64,000 nt of DNA from Camelus dromedarius (GCF_036321535.1 NC_087436.1:72232001-72296000), one strand, 5' to 3'; numbered from the stretch's first letter, positions 1-14,149 are shown. Numbers and translations: made by a program. The notes: a model not told the origin generated them from the sequence alone.

Positions 1-690
1 CGAATTTCTCAAACTATGTCAAGGGTCTACCATAATAATGATAATCATATTTGATGACCATATAAGTTAGAGAAATGTATGCAGCAGGTAAATGCCATCA
101 ACAGGAGGCCATAGAAATTGTGGTAAACTGGGGACACATGGTTTGCCTAGGGTCATAATAATTAAAATTACCTTGAAACACAGAAACTTCCAAGTCACAC
201 TCTTTTGGCTGCCAGTTTGGACCACAGAACTGACTGAAAAACTAATCCCTCAAAGCAATTTTTTTTTTTTTTTTGATAGTAAAAGCCAGCACTACAGGTA
301 TTCCTTCTTTAGTTAAGCCCATGATTCTGTTCATGTCTTAGATTAGGATTGGATGATCAGTGTTGGACCACATATGTTAAACACAATGTTTTAGACTTTT
401 TTGCATCTGGAATGGTGGAGAGAGTTGAGAAATATACAGTGCATTTTAGTAAATATGATTTATAAGTCAAATTATCCTTTAATTCTACAATATGTGCAAT
501 TTAAAAGAAATGCACCAAAATAGAGACAGGAACTGAAAGAAATTAAGAGAATAAAGTGTTAATGACTGCCTGCTTTACACTCTATTTTCCCCGGCTACCT
601 GTAGCTGCCTCAGCAGATGGCCTGAGCCTGAGCCTCAGTCTTCCCAAGTTCTTAAGCTAATACTGGCAGGACAAATAAATATATAAGTAC

Positions 691-850
691 CATTATAGGT
701 TATTACAAGATATTGAATAGTAATATCTTGTAATAACCTATGATAAAAAAGAATATGAAAAGGAATATATATACATGTATAACTGAATCACTATGCTATA
801 CATCAGAAACTAACATAACATTGTAAATTGACCATACTTCAATAAATATA
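691..850 (+). mobile_element. Short L1 3'-end fragment with 5' inverted duplication
   Basis: aatatcttgtaataacctat...aactgaatcactatgc...atacttcaataaa matches the L1 tail at 35560-35700. Confidence 0.75.
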
Positions 851-1414
851 CATATATATATGTACATAAGCACCAAACCACTTTTCTTGAACCGCATGTT
901 TTCTTGCCTTGCTCTCTGCATTGACATTCTCAGCTTCTGGCCATTTCTTTTTCCTCCTAAAGACATTTCCTCACTTGTTCTTTAGATATAATAACTGAGA
1001 TTGAATTTCCAGTACCTCCTTAACTTGCCCCTTGAAATATGTCCGCCTCTGACAGTTCAGAATGTCCTCCAGTTCAATTCTAACATAACCTTTGGATGTT
1101 TTTAAGGCCTATAAAACAAGAAATATGGCAGCTCAACACAGAGGTAGTCTGGCAGTGTATGTTGAGTAGACATAGGGGAGGAATAGTTAACGGAATTTGG
1201 ATAAGCTCTACTGGATTCTCAACTTATGAAACGTAAGTCTGAATTCAAGCCTGCTCTGTTTCTTTGCCTCCTTTTTCTCCCTTCAAGTTAGGAAATTTGT
1301 ATATAATTCTAAAAATCTTCCATCTGTCTGTATCTGTTTATAAATTTATCTAAATATAATCATCTGTCTGTCTATTTTTTAAGGGTCACCTGTATTCCCT
1401 ATTGTGTTAAAAAC

Positions 1415-2575
1415 TTATTTTTTATTGTGATAAAATATACATAACAAAATATACCATCTTAACAATTTTTAAGCTTACAGTTCACTGACATTAAGTATAC
1501 TCATAGTGTTGTGAAACCATCATGAAACTGTATCTCTAGAACTTTTTCATTTTCCCAAATTGATACTATGTGCCCATTAGACAATTTCTCCTCATTCCTC
1601 CTTCTCCTCCAGTCTCTGGCACCCAGCATTTAATTTTTCTGTAGCTATGAATTTGATGACTCTAGAAGCCTATTATCAGTGGAATCACAAAACATTTGTC
1701 ATTTTGCGACTGGCTTATGTGACTTTGCATCATGTCTTCAAGGTTCATCCCTACTGTACCATGTGTCAGAATTTCTTCCTTTTTAAGAATAACTTTCCAT
1801 TGTATGTATGCACATTTTGTTTAACCATTTACCTATTGATGGACATTTGGGTCTTTCTTCCTTTTGGCTACTGTGAATAATGTTATGAATGTGAATTGTG
1901 AATAATGCTATGAAAACTGGTGTACAAATATCTGCTCAAGTCCCTGTTTTTAATTCTTGGGGAATATATCCAGAAGTGGAATTGCTGGAAGTTGTGGCAT
2001 TTTTATTTTTTTGAGGAAACACCATATTGTTTTCATCTGCAGCTGCATCGTTTTATCTTTCCACCAGCAATGCCCATGATTTCAGTGTCTTCACATTCTC
2101 ACCAATACTTAATTTCTTTTCCTCTCTCTCTCCTTTCCTTCCTTCCTTTCTCTCTCCTTCCCCCTCTCTTCTTTCTTCCTTTCTTCCTTTCAATAGATGT
2201 CTTCATGGATGTAAAATAGTTTCTCAAGCTGGGTTTGATTTGCATTTCCCTAATGACTAGTGATGCTGAGCATCTTTACATGTGCTTACTGGCTATCTGT
2301 GTATTTTCTTTGGAGAAACGTCTATTTGAGTACTTTGCCCATTTTTTAATTGAATGTTTGTTTCTGTTGTTGTTGTTGTTGAGTTGTAGGAGTTCTGAAT
2401 ATATTACAGGTATTAACCCCTTATCAGATGTATAACTTGCAAATATTTTCTGCCAATTCCGTGGGCTGCCTTTTCACTGTTGATAGTGTCCTTTGCTGCA
2501 CAAAACTGTTTAATTTTGATGAAGTCCAATTTACCTATTCTTTTATTTTGTTGCTTGTGCTTTTGGTATCATATG
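1415..2575 (-). mobile_element. Old L1 (L1M-type) 3' fragment
   Basis: Antisense L1 motifs (tttgcatttccctaatgactagtgatgctgagcatc; gtggaattgctgg); CT-rich simple repeat at about 2112-2190. Confidence 0.8.
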
Positions 2576-4960
2576 TGTTAAAACTTGTAATATTAGATCT
2601 TTCCCCAATTGATCTGTAGGATTTATATTACCTAATGTTTAACTTTAAGAAAAATATATTTTTATGAGGCAGCAAAATCTTGAGAGTCAAAATGCAAGGA
2701 ATTCCTAGACCCACATGGGGACTGTTCTCTTGCTCATGGGTGTTTGCTTTATCTACAGGGAAGGACCAAAGACTCATAAGAAAAATACACAATTACTAAC
2801 TAAGCTCTCTGAAGAGGCTCAATTTTCTTTTCCTCTCCTGAAATCCCCCTGCCAGGAATCACTGATGTGGACTCTTACTGTATGGAAGAGAGTATAGGAA
2901 AAAAAACTGCCATAGTAAAAAGATTTTAACCTATATAAATATTTGAAAAACTTTACAGTTTTGATTTGGGCTTAGAATGTACCATTTCTTAACTCCATGT
3001 TGCAACAATCATCACGAGGTCTTTAAAACTTCCCAAGATTCCGCAATGCTGAGCAACTTCTATCCTTGTTTTTCCCCTAGAAGCTTAGGGCGGTCCCAGC
3101 CACTGAGGGGTATACTACTGATAGTAACCATGAAGTTGTTTCTGAATTCTGAACTTCTGTGAAAATGGTAAGCAAATAATACCAGATATTTTATGCAAAC
3201 ACTATATTACTACAAAGAGTTAGCGACAAAGACACTTTTAATGAAATGTTTCCTTACTTTCAGCATAACTATTTGCTCTTCTGAAGGGTAGCAATTCTTG
3301 TGTTTCATTTTACACAGAAAAAGAACTATCTGCCTTTGTAGTTATTTCACCATTCAGAGACAGCATTGCCACTAAAAGTTGTATATAGACATACTAAAAA
3401 CTATAACCGAAACTTCACATAAATGTTTCATGGACTCTCTTTTCACAGGGGTCCATGGTACATGCAAAATTAAGCAAAAATATTGCTCTAAATAGAAGAA
3501 AGACAGTCCTTACCCTACTGAATTTTAATGTAAAAGGCTTACATCCTTTGAAGGTCTGGCAATTAAAAAAAGTATAAATTAAACGCGTACATTGCATTTA
3601 TGCTTTTACAGTCTTTCACTCTAGTACACTTTGAGAAAGGAAATATTATCTCATTTTGAAATCGGTAAGACTAAAAGTCAGAAAATCTAAGAAACTTGCT
3701 TAAGTTTAATTCAAGCCAAAGTTTGAACTTAGGCTTTCTGGTCCCCACACCAATCCTGTCTCTCCATTATATTACAAGATCTTGTCAGGTCACTCAACCA
3801 ATTTCACAAGAATTCAGTAGCAAACATCTACTAATCTCTGTGCTGGAAACTTCAGGTAATGTATCTGAGTGAGTAAGATGCAGTTCTTTTCCTTAAAAAG
3901 TACTGGGTAGAAAGTCATCACAGATACTATTACTGGAAGTAAGTGCAGTCAGATGTGCTGTTTCCCATAGATGTTGACAAATGCTGTGCGACTTTAAATC
4001 CTCGTAGACAACCACCATTTCTGAGTAAGGATGCAGTACTGTAGCCATTATCTTTATAACCTAGATGTTAGCTGGAGCCCTCCTGCCCTTGAGGATCTGG
4101 TTAAACTTGACCTAAGTGCAATGTCCAAGGCTTTGTTACAGTCCAGAATCTGTTGCACGTATCCAGTGAGATTCTAGAACTTCCTTATTCTGCTGTGATC
4201 ATCAGCACTCCAATCCCAAATCCTCACCAGGTAATATCCCCAAACACATGCCCCAAAGTCCATGCTGTCTGTTCATTTAGAAACCCGTCATCATACGAGT
4301 TAGGGAGGAAAGGGGCCCGCTGACAATCAATGGTCCTCTACATCTCTGATTCATTTATTCTACTCTCTTTCTCTTCCTCTCTTTTCCCAAGTTTTTCTGC
4401 TTTCTCACACGTAATAATTCTACTCACATTTAGCACGCTTTGGAAAACTCGCCTATTCTCCTATTTGCCCATTACAGTATTTTTGTCAAAAATTACAATT
4501 TTATTATGCTGTACACCAGGAATTGACACAACATTGTAAGCTGACTATACTTCAATAAAAAAGAATGCCATATTAAAAAAAAGAAAAAATTATAATTTTA
4601 CTTTTATGGGGAATTCTGGTAAATAAAATATTTTGTTTTCAATACATTTTCCTCTCTTTCTCTTTCTCTCTCTCATCTCCACTCTCTGAGAACATTATAT
4701 TTTTATCAACTGAAAGGATTAGTATTTTGTTTAACTACAGCATAATCATACTCAACAATCTATAACTAGTATCTATGGAAAAGTACTGGAAATAATTATG
4801 ATGGATTTTCACTAGGAATTCGTGAAACTACTAGCAATGCTAATGTATTGTAGACAGGTCAAGATCTTATTTTACCGTTATTGTTGTGGTAATGATTGTG
4901 GTGGTGATTATCTACTGATATTCTTTGTCTTACGAGATCACTTTAAGAAGTATTAACTCT

Positions 4961-5075
4961 GGAGGAGGGGATAGCTCAGTGGTAGAGTCTGTGCTTAGGA
5001 TGCATGAGGTCCTGGGTTCAATCCCCAGTACCTCGTCTAAAAGTAAATAAATAAAATACATAAGTTACCCCCACA
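4961..5075 (+). mobile_element. tRNA-derived SINE (camelid Vic-1-like)
   Basis: A box TAGCTCAGTGG and B box GGTTCAATCC followed by an A-rich tail. Confidence 0.85.
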
Positions 5076-6396
5076 ATACATACACAAAATGTATAAGGGC
5101 TTTAAATGTTATTTTTAAAGAGAATTTTCAGTCTCTAATTCTGCAGATGTTAAGTCTAAATAATTATTTTCTAAAAAACAAAAACTAACATGAAATACAT
5201 TAAGAGCCCATGACTTATGCCAAAAGTTGTGAAGACTATAAAATATATAGAATAAACAAAACATATGTTCGCATTCTTTAGGGTTTGTCAAGCACTGAAT
5301 CATGAAAATGCAGAGTTGGGAGGGTTGTTAATAATCATGTAGTAACTCATTCTTGAGAAAATAATCTGAAGAAATGGAAATCTGAAAGTTGCAAATCATT
5401 TGTCTCTTGCTTGCGAATAGTGACATGTGTCAGCCTGCTAAAATAAACCTTCCTGTCTCGTGGCTTGAACCTTTTATGAGTATGCAGCCTGTGTTTACTG
5501 CAGTAATAAAGCTGATTGTGGGTAAAAAATTGTTGGAACAGAACAGAACTTAGTCTGCAATGATTTGATTATTAGTACATGTTATTGCCTTGCGGTCCTG
5601 AAAACAAGTTATACAACCATGAGGAACACCTACACTTCCTCATTTGCTGGAATTCTTTTTTGCTGACTCCGGTTAAAATGCAGAATTTGCATTTGTCAGT
5701 CTGAAATCAAGGCGTACAGAATTAGGAATCAGTTGGATGATAAGAAAAAGCAAAACTAGGATAGTTGAAGATTTCGGGAACCTATTTCTGAGCATCTTTC
5801 AATCCTGGAGAAAAAAATTTAAATGCAGGGGATTTTAATATCTTCCAAGTAAAGGTTTTATTGATATCTGATGTTTTTGAAAAAAAAATAAATTTGGGTC
5901 CTTCTGGAAACAAAGCTGGGTGCATTTAGTGAACATATGACTAAATTCTACACTCTGGAATAACACAAATTTTGTAGGGCCTGGGGAGAAAGGAGAAAAG
6001 AGGGAAGCTACCCATCATTACAAAGTCAACAGAATCGACAACCACCTGGATGAGCCTCTTATCTTGATAAGCCTCAGAGCAAACGAGTAAGAAAATACAG
6101 CATTTCTGCCACCCTATGTGTGGTAGCCCTGGCTAAGTGCAAGGAATTATCCTAGCAGATCATTTCCAGAGAACATATTCAGGTGACTGGAGTTGCTAAA
6201 ATTTGCATCACTGATCCATAACCAAAGTGCTACTTTAGGAAGTAGTCCCCTTATTCATCAGTGATGGCAAAGAAATTGGAGGAAGAATGGAAGATAACTA
6301 ATATTCTATTCCAGAAAGACACAAAATTAACAACAGTTCTGACCCAAAGGGCAAGTGGAACTTAATAGAGGAGTAGAATGAAAATCAATAGCAGTT

Positions 6397-6520
6397 GGGA
6401 GGAGGGTGTAGCTCAGTGGAAGAGTGCATGCTTACATACATGAAGTCCTGGATTCAATCTCCAATACCTCCACTAAAAAAAAAAAAAGAAGAAGAAAAAA
6501 GAAAAAGAACAAAAATAACA
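6397..6520 (+). mobile_element. tRNA-derived SINE (camelid Vic-1-like)
   Basis: gggaggagggtgtagctcagtgg...ggattcaatctcc, then poly(A)/GAA tail. Confidence 0.85.
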
Positions 6521-7945
6521 ATAATTCTCTGAAATACAAAGATTCAGAAACTAAGCAACTGGAGATCCATCTAAGTACCAACACAACTGTGCAGGTGAAC
6601 AATGAGCCCAGCCATCAGAACGGCTAAAATTAAAAAGACAGACAATTCCAAGTCTAGGTAAGGATGCGGAGTAACTGCAGTCAACAAACTCTTGTTGTTT
6701 TCTCCTTTTTTTTCCCCTTAAAGTAAGTTGATTGGCCAAAAACTATCAAAGAGAAGATGTGCTCCTGAGTAGGCTAATAGAATTAGTTGAAAGGACAGTT
6801 CTACTTCTTATGAATTTTCTGGGAAGTCTTGTCATTTGTGGCATGTATGTGAGATGTGTCTCTAAGTCATCGTGTTGGCATCTTCACCCTAGTTAAGCCA
6901 GGTCTGCACTGTTTCCTTCACTATGATTTCTTTATCTCCTTCTTTTGACACAGCTTAATCACCTAGATGTTAGATTTGGATAACGGCTGTGTAATAACTT
7001 TTAAATACTTGGATATCAGAGAGCGAGTGAAGGTGAGAACAATGAAAGTGATCACAAATAGAAAATATTGCTAAAAACTTTTAAAAATATGCCTTATGGA
7101 TCAATTAAGCTAACCTTAGCAAACAGAGTATCTTTTCTTTTAGTTGATTAACTGATTGTTCCGCTCTCCCTGAAGGGTTGACCCAGATACAACAACATGT
7201 ATTTATTATCAGAGACTCCACTTGGCTAGTGTCTTGAAGACAGATAGATAGATAGGTAGATAGAGATGTGTGTGTGTGTACATTTATCTACTGGAAGAAA
7301 TTTTTTCACCTTAATCCCCCTTTCTCCCAAAAAAGAAACCTGTCAATAGATGGTTAGAAACAATGGTGGCATGTAACATTTTGTTGATAAACTGTGTTTT
7401 ATCTAACTCAAATAGTATAGGTTTCTATTGTCCTCACCACTTCACTTCTCCAAGTGGTAAGTGGAGTCTGGGTGGCTGAGGTTAGCACACTTCAAATTCG
7501 TTCATGCAGTCTTCTTAGGGTGCTCTTGGTGAGAGGAAAGAAGTGATATTCATTGAGCACTTGATACTGAGCACTGTGCCGGGTGCTAGGATACAAGGAT
7601 GAACAGTCATTTGTATGAAAGCTCTTTGAGACTCAGAAGGTACAGATACAAATAAACAGCATGACTGGAGTGTAGAGAAGAAAGCTTCTCCTTTTGACTC
7701 ATGGGCCTTTCCTGGTCTCATACATCACTTAGAGGACAAGGATTGAGGTATAATGAGTGACTTCATAGGAAATAATTGTTCAACACTGACTTCTTTAAAA
7801 CTTTTCCCCAGTGATTGCTCTATTTATTGATAATTTGCCACTGCCTTCTTCCACTTGTGAAAAATATAATAATTAGCATAATTTTACAGTTATATTTACT
7901 TTCAAAACTTTTTTCTAAGTAGCACCAATTTTCTACGAGGACAAC

Positions 7946-8398
7946 AAAATGGGTTGAATTGTGGCCATTCCTTCCCAATCCATATATTGAAGTCCTAACC
8001 TCGAATACCTCAGAGTATGAACTCATTTGGATACAGGGTCCCTACAAACATAATTAGTTAAGATAAGGTCATACTGGAGTAAGGTGGCACTTAATCCAAT
8101 GTAACTGGTATCCCTATAAAAGGGGAAAATTTGGACAGAGAAACAGAGATACACATGGGAGAAATGCCAAGTGAACATGAAGGAAGAAATGGAGGTGTTG
8201 CTTCCACAAGCGAAAAAATGTCAAACTGTCAAAATCTAAGCAAAAATTATGGAACAGATCCTCTCTCATAGCCCTCAGAAGGAACAAATATTGCTGACAC
8301 CTTGATCTTGTACTTCTAACCACTGGAACTGTGAGGCAACAAATTAAGTCACCCAGTTTATGGTACTTAGTTACAGAAGTCTTAGCAAAAGAATACAG
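7946..8398 (+). mobile_element. MaLR LTR (MLT1-like)
   Basis: gggttgaattgtg...gaagtcctaacc...gctgacaccttgatctt...ttatggtacttagttacag motifs. Confidence 0.75.
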
Positions 8399-8779
8399 AC
8401 CGTATTTAAAAATCAGTAAAAAATACTTTAGCGAAGCAATGCTATGTTCTCACGGTAGTTAGAGGGGATAGTGCATATTTCTTCTTTCCAGGGAAACTTC
8501 CACTGCCACACTTCATAATAAAGGTCTTAGCTAGAAGTTCTCACAAAATGTGGAAAAGGTGTACTGAAAAATTGTTAAAAGCATGAGCCTGGACCAAGAT
8601 TGACATAGTAGTGAATCCCTGTTCATGCACTGCTTAGCCTTGTGGGTTGGGGCAAATCATCCAAGAATTCTTCACTCTTGAAAATTATATATATTGTCTA
8701 CAACATAGAGTTATTATAAAAATTATGTAACATGATACAATGACCCATACAAAGCAATCAATAAATGGTAATTATTTTA

Positions 8780-9390
8780 AAGATATAATCCTAAGTGATA
8801 TAAAAGATTTCAAATCCTAAAGATATGCTTTCCTCAAATTGATTTATAGGTTTGAAGATGTCTCAACCAAAATTTTTTGAAATTTATTAATTTTTTATTG
8901 AAGTATAGTTGATTTACAATTCAACCAAACTTTTAATTGTGATTTCCATGGAACTTGACAAGTTGAATCTAAAATTGATAATGGAAAAGGGCCGAGGATA
9001 GCCAAGACCCTTATTTTTTTAAAAAAAGAATAAAGAGGGGAGACTTGCTAAACGGAGTCTCAGAATTATCACAAATTTATAATAATTAAGACAGTGTGGT
9101 ATTGACAAATACAGTGAGAGACAAATAGATCAATAGAACAGAGAAGAGAACTCAGAAATTGAGACCTATAAATATGGAACACGGACACATTACAAAGACA
9201 GCTTTGTACACCAGTGAGGAAAGGAAGATGAAAAAAGTTATCTATTTGTTTAAAACAAAAGTGACTCCTCACCTCACAGCATTCACAAAAAAAAATGCCA
9301 AATGCAATCTTTGAAACTTTTAGAAGAAAATATAAATGTATTTCTGACCTTGAGTTAGAGAAGGATTTTTAAAATAAGCTATAGAAGCAA
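8780..9390 (+). mobile_element. Old L1 ORF2 remnant containing an ultra-short L1 tail insertion at about 8877-8920
   Basis: gacagtgtggtattgac...aaatagatcaatagaacaga L1 motifs; inner insert flanked by tcaaccaaa(a/c)tttt repeats. Confidence 0.7.
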
Positions 9391-10404
9391 TGTTAGAGGA
9401 CTTTATATTCCAATGAACGAAGATTCTGATCTACAGATTGTGAGACGTAAAAGATGAGCAGCTGTCCTCTCAGCCTTTTTTATCTGTATAGAATAAGGTA
9501 TTAATCTGACCAGAGCATTAAATGGTTATAGAGGGGTTGTATAATTTTTTTTTTTTTGGAATGAACTGACTTACAAAGCCACAAATGAGAGAATCCCAAA
9601 ATTGCCTGCTGACCAAAATGGTATTTCCCAACATCTGTGGGCAACCCTGGTTAACCAGATTCTCAGTGTGGACTCCATTGCTAAAAAATTAGTTCTCAGA
9701 TAAAAGACAATAATGTTACATTTAAGGAGCTGCCCAGCACTCTCCTTTGGAGTGGGTTTCCTCTTTTGGACTCTGGGTGAAAACAGCCATCCAGAAAGGA
9801 AAGGTAAGTGTCGATCTGTGACTGGGCTAAGATCTTCTCAATTCCTGTTCAGACATTTGGTTCCGATTAAATATCACCCTCCAACATGCACACACTCACT
9901 CACACACATGCGCACACAGGTACACTCAATTGCTATGAAATTTATGAGAAGATTTATAAAGGGGAAAAATGCTGTGTGTACTGACATCATAAAACCACAT
10001 TTCTGGATGTTAACATTCAATGTTGTATCCAACAAATCCCACAGTTTGATGGAAGCAGGTGGTTTTCAGCAATAAATATGTTGAATAAGGAAAAGACAAC
10101 AATCTCTTATTATGTTAAGAGTATATAAACATTAAATAATTTCATGCATTATATGAAAATGATATTCCTGAGTATCAACCCCAAGTGCACTGAAATTTCT
10201 TAGAACCACTGTTTCTTATATATGCTTCATTGCCAAGGAAGGGGAGGCCAGGGAATTTTAAGACAGGGAATTTACCCTCCAGGGGTAATCAAGATATCAA
10301 CAAGGCATTGATATATATATATATATGTATTTTTTTTTTTTGTAAATTGAAAGTTTGGTTAACGCACTCTCCTCATCTCCTTTGGATCTACTATCAGAGC
10401 AGTT

Positions 10405-11200
10405 ATTTTTTTTTTTATATATTTATTTATTCATTTATTTATTTTTGCAGAGGAGAGGTAATTAGGTTTACTTAATTATTTATTTACTTTTTAAAAAATA
10501 TATTTTTATAGAAATACAGTTTATAATGTTGTGTCAATTTCTGGTGTACAGCACAATGCTTCAGTCACATAGGAACACACATATATTCATTCTCATATTC
10601 TTCTTCACCATAGGTTACTGCAAGATATTCAATATTGTTCCCTGTGCTTTTACAGTACAAACCTGTTGTTTATCTATTTTATATATAGTAGTTAGTGTCT
10701 GCAAACCTTAAACTCCCAATTTATCCCTACACACTTCCTTTACTCCCTGGTAACCATAAGTTTGTTTTCTATTCCTGAGTTTGTTTCTGTTTTGTAAATA
10801 AGTTTGTTGTCTTTCTTTTTTTAGGTTCCACATGTAAGTGATATCATGTGCTATTTTTCTTTCTTTCTGGATTACTTCACTTAGAATGACATTCTCTAGA
10901 TTCATCCATGCTGCTGCAAATGGCATTATTTTATTATTTTTTATGGCTGAGTAGTATTCCATTATATAAATATACCACAACTTCTTTATCCAGTCATCTG
11001 TTGATGGACATTTAGGTTGTTTCCACATCTTGGCTATTGTAAACGGTGATGCTATGAACATTGGGGTGCAGGTGTCTTTTTGAATTAAGGTTCCCTCTGG
11101 ATATATTTACTTTTTTTTTTTGATGGAGGTGCTGGGGATTGAATCCAGGACCTCATGCATGATAGGCATGTGCTCTACCATTGAGCTATTCCCTACCCCC
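10405..11200 (-). mobile_element. tRNA-derived SINE split by a nested L1
   Basis: SINE head at about 11120-11200 and SINE tail (gaggtaattaggttta) at about 10405-10490. Confidence 0.75.
10493..11103 (-). mobile_element. Young 5'-truncated L1
   Basis: Minus-strand ORF encodes L1 ORF2 C-terminal-like text (WKQPKCPSTDDWIKKLWYIY..EYYSAIK); 12-bp TSD TATTTACTTTTT. Confidence 0.9.
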
Positions 11201-12879
11201 ACAGCAGATGTTAACTGATCTTGCTCTTAGAGGTAAGATGGAGACTTTTGAGAAAACCAACTTTTGAAAAATGTGATCTATGCAACTGCATACTTGAGTT
11301 AAAAAATTAATGCCCAGAGAATTGGATCACAAAACAATTTTCTATCAGAAAAGATTCCCTCTGAGCTGAAAATTAAATATTTTCTCACTTATTAAATTTT
11401 TGTTTTGTAAAACACATGAAATTTAGTGAAGAAAAAGCTATATATCTAAATATAATTATGGAAAACAACCTGGAGTTGTTACCATGAATGTGAACTCTAT
11501 TTTAAACTAACACATGGTCCTGCTTTTCAGCATAACTCCTTTTCTTGTCTACAGAAACATTCTGATAAGGAAAAGTAGGAAAGGATCTGACTCAGAAATA
11601 GTAGTGTGGTTAGTGTTAGCTTGGTTACTGTAAGCTTGATTAGAGGTAATAAACAAATACGTTAAAACTAACATCATGCCAAAAAATAGTAGTCATTAGC
11701 AGGCTTAAAGTTTTATATATTAAAACTGAAAAGATTTTTTTCCTTTTGCTTGAAACCATTTCTAGCTAAAAGTAAGATAGTCTGAATAAAACCTACTCCA
11801 GTTGCCACACTTTGAAGAAAAATTAAACTCCAGGTTAAGATTACAAACTGAAAATCCTTTCCATTTGAGAGTCTTTTACCACTAGAACTTTCAGACTGAA
11901 GAAAAAGAAGTGTGATAGATTTCTTTCTCTACTACTTTTAATTAAGACATATGTAGCTTATTGAATTTACCAGTTTGAGTTTAAAATATTTGACTATATA
12001 TGCTTTTTATCCCTGAGGTGATAGTGAATTACAACTATTCAAAATTAGGTTACAAGTATAAAACTTTAATTAGTGAAAATTTTGAATTTTGCACAAAGAT
12101 TGAAATGGGTAAATTTTTCTAAATTTCTTATGTAATTTATAATTATCCAAGTTGATATTTGAAAATATATAAATATAAGCACAAGTTTGTAACTGAATTT
12201 TTTTTGTAAATAATTTAAGTCTTTTAAATTGGGTTTCTATGATTCTCAGACAATATTGTGTGATCTTATAAAATTATTCCACTTGAATTTTCTAGGTAGA
12301 TTAATTTTTTTTCTCTGACACATTCTAGTATCAATGTTGACTGCATTGTACTTTGTTGTTAATTTAGATTTTCTGGGTCCTTAACTGATTTTTTTGTCAG
12401 CTTGGACTAATACAACTCCAAAGTAACAGTAATATCTGCATTCATATAAACATTTTTGGAGAAATAAAAGCTTCAGCACCTTAACAGCTAGGAATAAAAG
12501 AAAATTTAATAATTAAGTAATTTTAATGTGTCTGGTTCATTTTTCAGTCATAGATAATACTTAAATAGAATATTGAAAAAATTGAAAAATCAATTTTCAT
12601 TTGTCTATATTCTCTCTCTTATCACTTAGAATAAACTTAACTAAATGCTAAATATCCTCCAAGGGGTACATCCTTCTAGATAATTCATGTTGTGTTAATA
12701 ATCACAGCTATGTATACCCAGTAAATTTAATTCCAAATATATGAGTTCCTAAACTTAAAAAAAGTAAGTATATATAATCTCCTCATGCGTGTGCTATCTA
12801 TATATTTTGTCTAACTATAAATGATCTTGATTCATCATAACAATAGTCAAATAGTATATTATGGGCATTCACTTTTAAA

Positions 12880-13580
12880 ACTTTTTATTCTAAAATAATT
12901 TTGGATTTTTGGAGGAGTTGCAAAGATTGCACAGTGTTCCCATATGCCCTTTAATCAGCTTCTCTAATGTGAGCATTTTTTATAACCATGGTTCATTTAT
13001 CAAAACTTAGACATTAACACTAGCACAACACCATACACTAAACTGCAGTCTTTTTTTTTCCCACTACAACCCTTCTTCTGTTCCAGGATCCCACCTAGAA
13101 TCATATTCTATTTACTTGTCATCTCTCTGTAGGTACCTCAATCTGTGATTGTTTCTCAGTTTTCTGGGCCTTGACACTTCCGGTGAGTATTGGTTAGATA
13201 TTCTGTAGACAGTCTCTCAGTTTGGATTTGTTTGATGTTTTCTCATTAATAGACTGTTATAAGCTTTAAAAACCATCACAGAAAGGCCCTGCTTATTGCA
13301 CAATATGGGGGCACATAGTATCAATGTTACTTATTCCTGAGGAAGTTAACCTTGTCATCTGGTTAAAGTGGTATCAGCCAGGTTGTTCCACTATAAAGTG
13401 ACTATTTTCCTTTGCATACCCTATTTGTTCGAAAGAAGTCACTGGATTCATCTCATACTTAAGAGGTGGAAATTAAGCTCCATCTCTTGGGGTCAAAGTA
13501 TAACAGAATTTGTGGTCCTATGTTCTAATCAGCACAGTAATTAAGTATTTGGAGGAGGTACTTTGAGGCTATGAGCATTT
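12880..13580 (-). mobile_element. Ancient L1M 3'-UTR fragment
   Basis: ttattctaaaataatttt...gagttgcaaagat...gttaaccttgtcatctggttaaagtggt resembles L1MC/MD 3' ends (from recall). Confidence 0.55.
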
Positions 13581-14149
13581 ATTTTTGATATCCTTATTAT
13601 ATATAATTTAAACTGAAATTTAAAACTGCACTTTTGAAAAATATTATAATTTTAAAATATTTTATAGAATAACAATGATAGCTAACATAGGGTGCTTACT
13701 CGGTGCCAAGCCTTATGCTAAGTGTTCTGTCTTTATTATAACTCTTTGAGGTAGTTACTATTATTTTCTAAATTTAACAGATGAAAATACTGTGGGAAAG
13801 AGAAGTTATATAAAGTGCCTGTTGTGATATGCCTAGGAAGCTATAGAGCTGAGATTCAAAACTAAATGTCAGTTTCGCCCAGATCCTGTCTTGTTTTCTT
13901 AATCATGATGCTGCATTGTTTCTCTATGAGATAAAGAGATAGGTAGAGAGAGAGAGATCAAGGTATATTAGAATAGGTAAGAGAAATGTGTGTGTGATAT
14001 TGAGGAACAAGGCTTAAACTCAGGATAGAAGTAAAATAAAAGTTTTACAAAACTTTTCTAAGGTTCAGTGATATTAAAATGAAATTGTCCATCTAAATGG
14101 TCTAACAGATTAATTTTAATCACAATGAAAGCCTCATTCTTCTGCAATT

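Noticed and set aside
4961..5035. tRNA-like sequences here and at about 6400, 11150, 20900, 25480 and 47550
   Set aside because: Diverged copies with A-rich tails and, in several cases, TSDs; these are SINEs, not tRNA genes.
6202..6271. Inverted repeat CATCACTGAT/ATCAGTGATG suggesting a pre-miRNA hairpin
   Set aside because: Only 10 perfect pairs with a poorly paired interior; compatible with chance in 64 kb.
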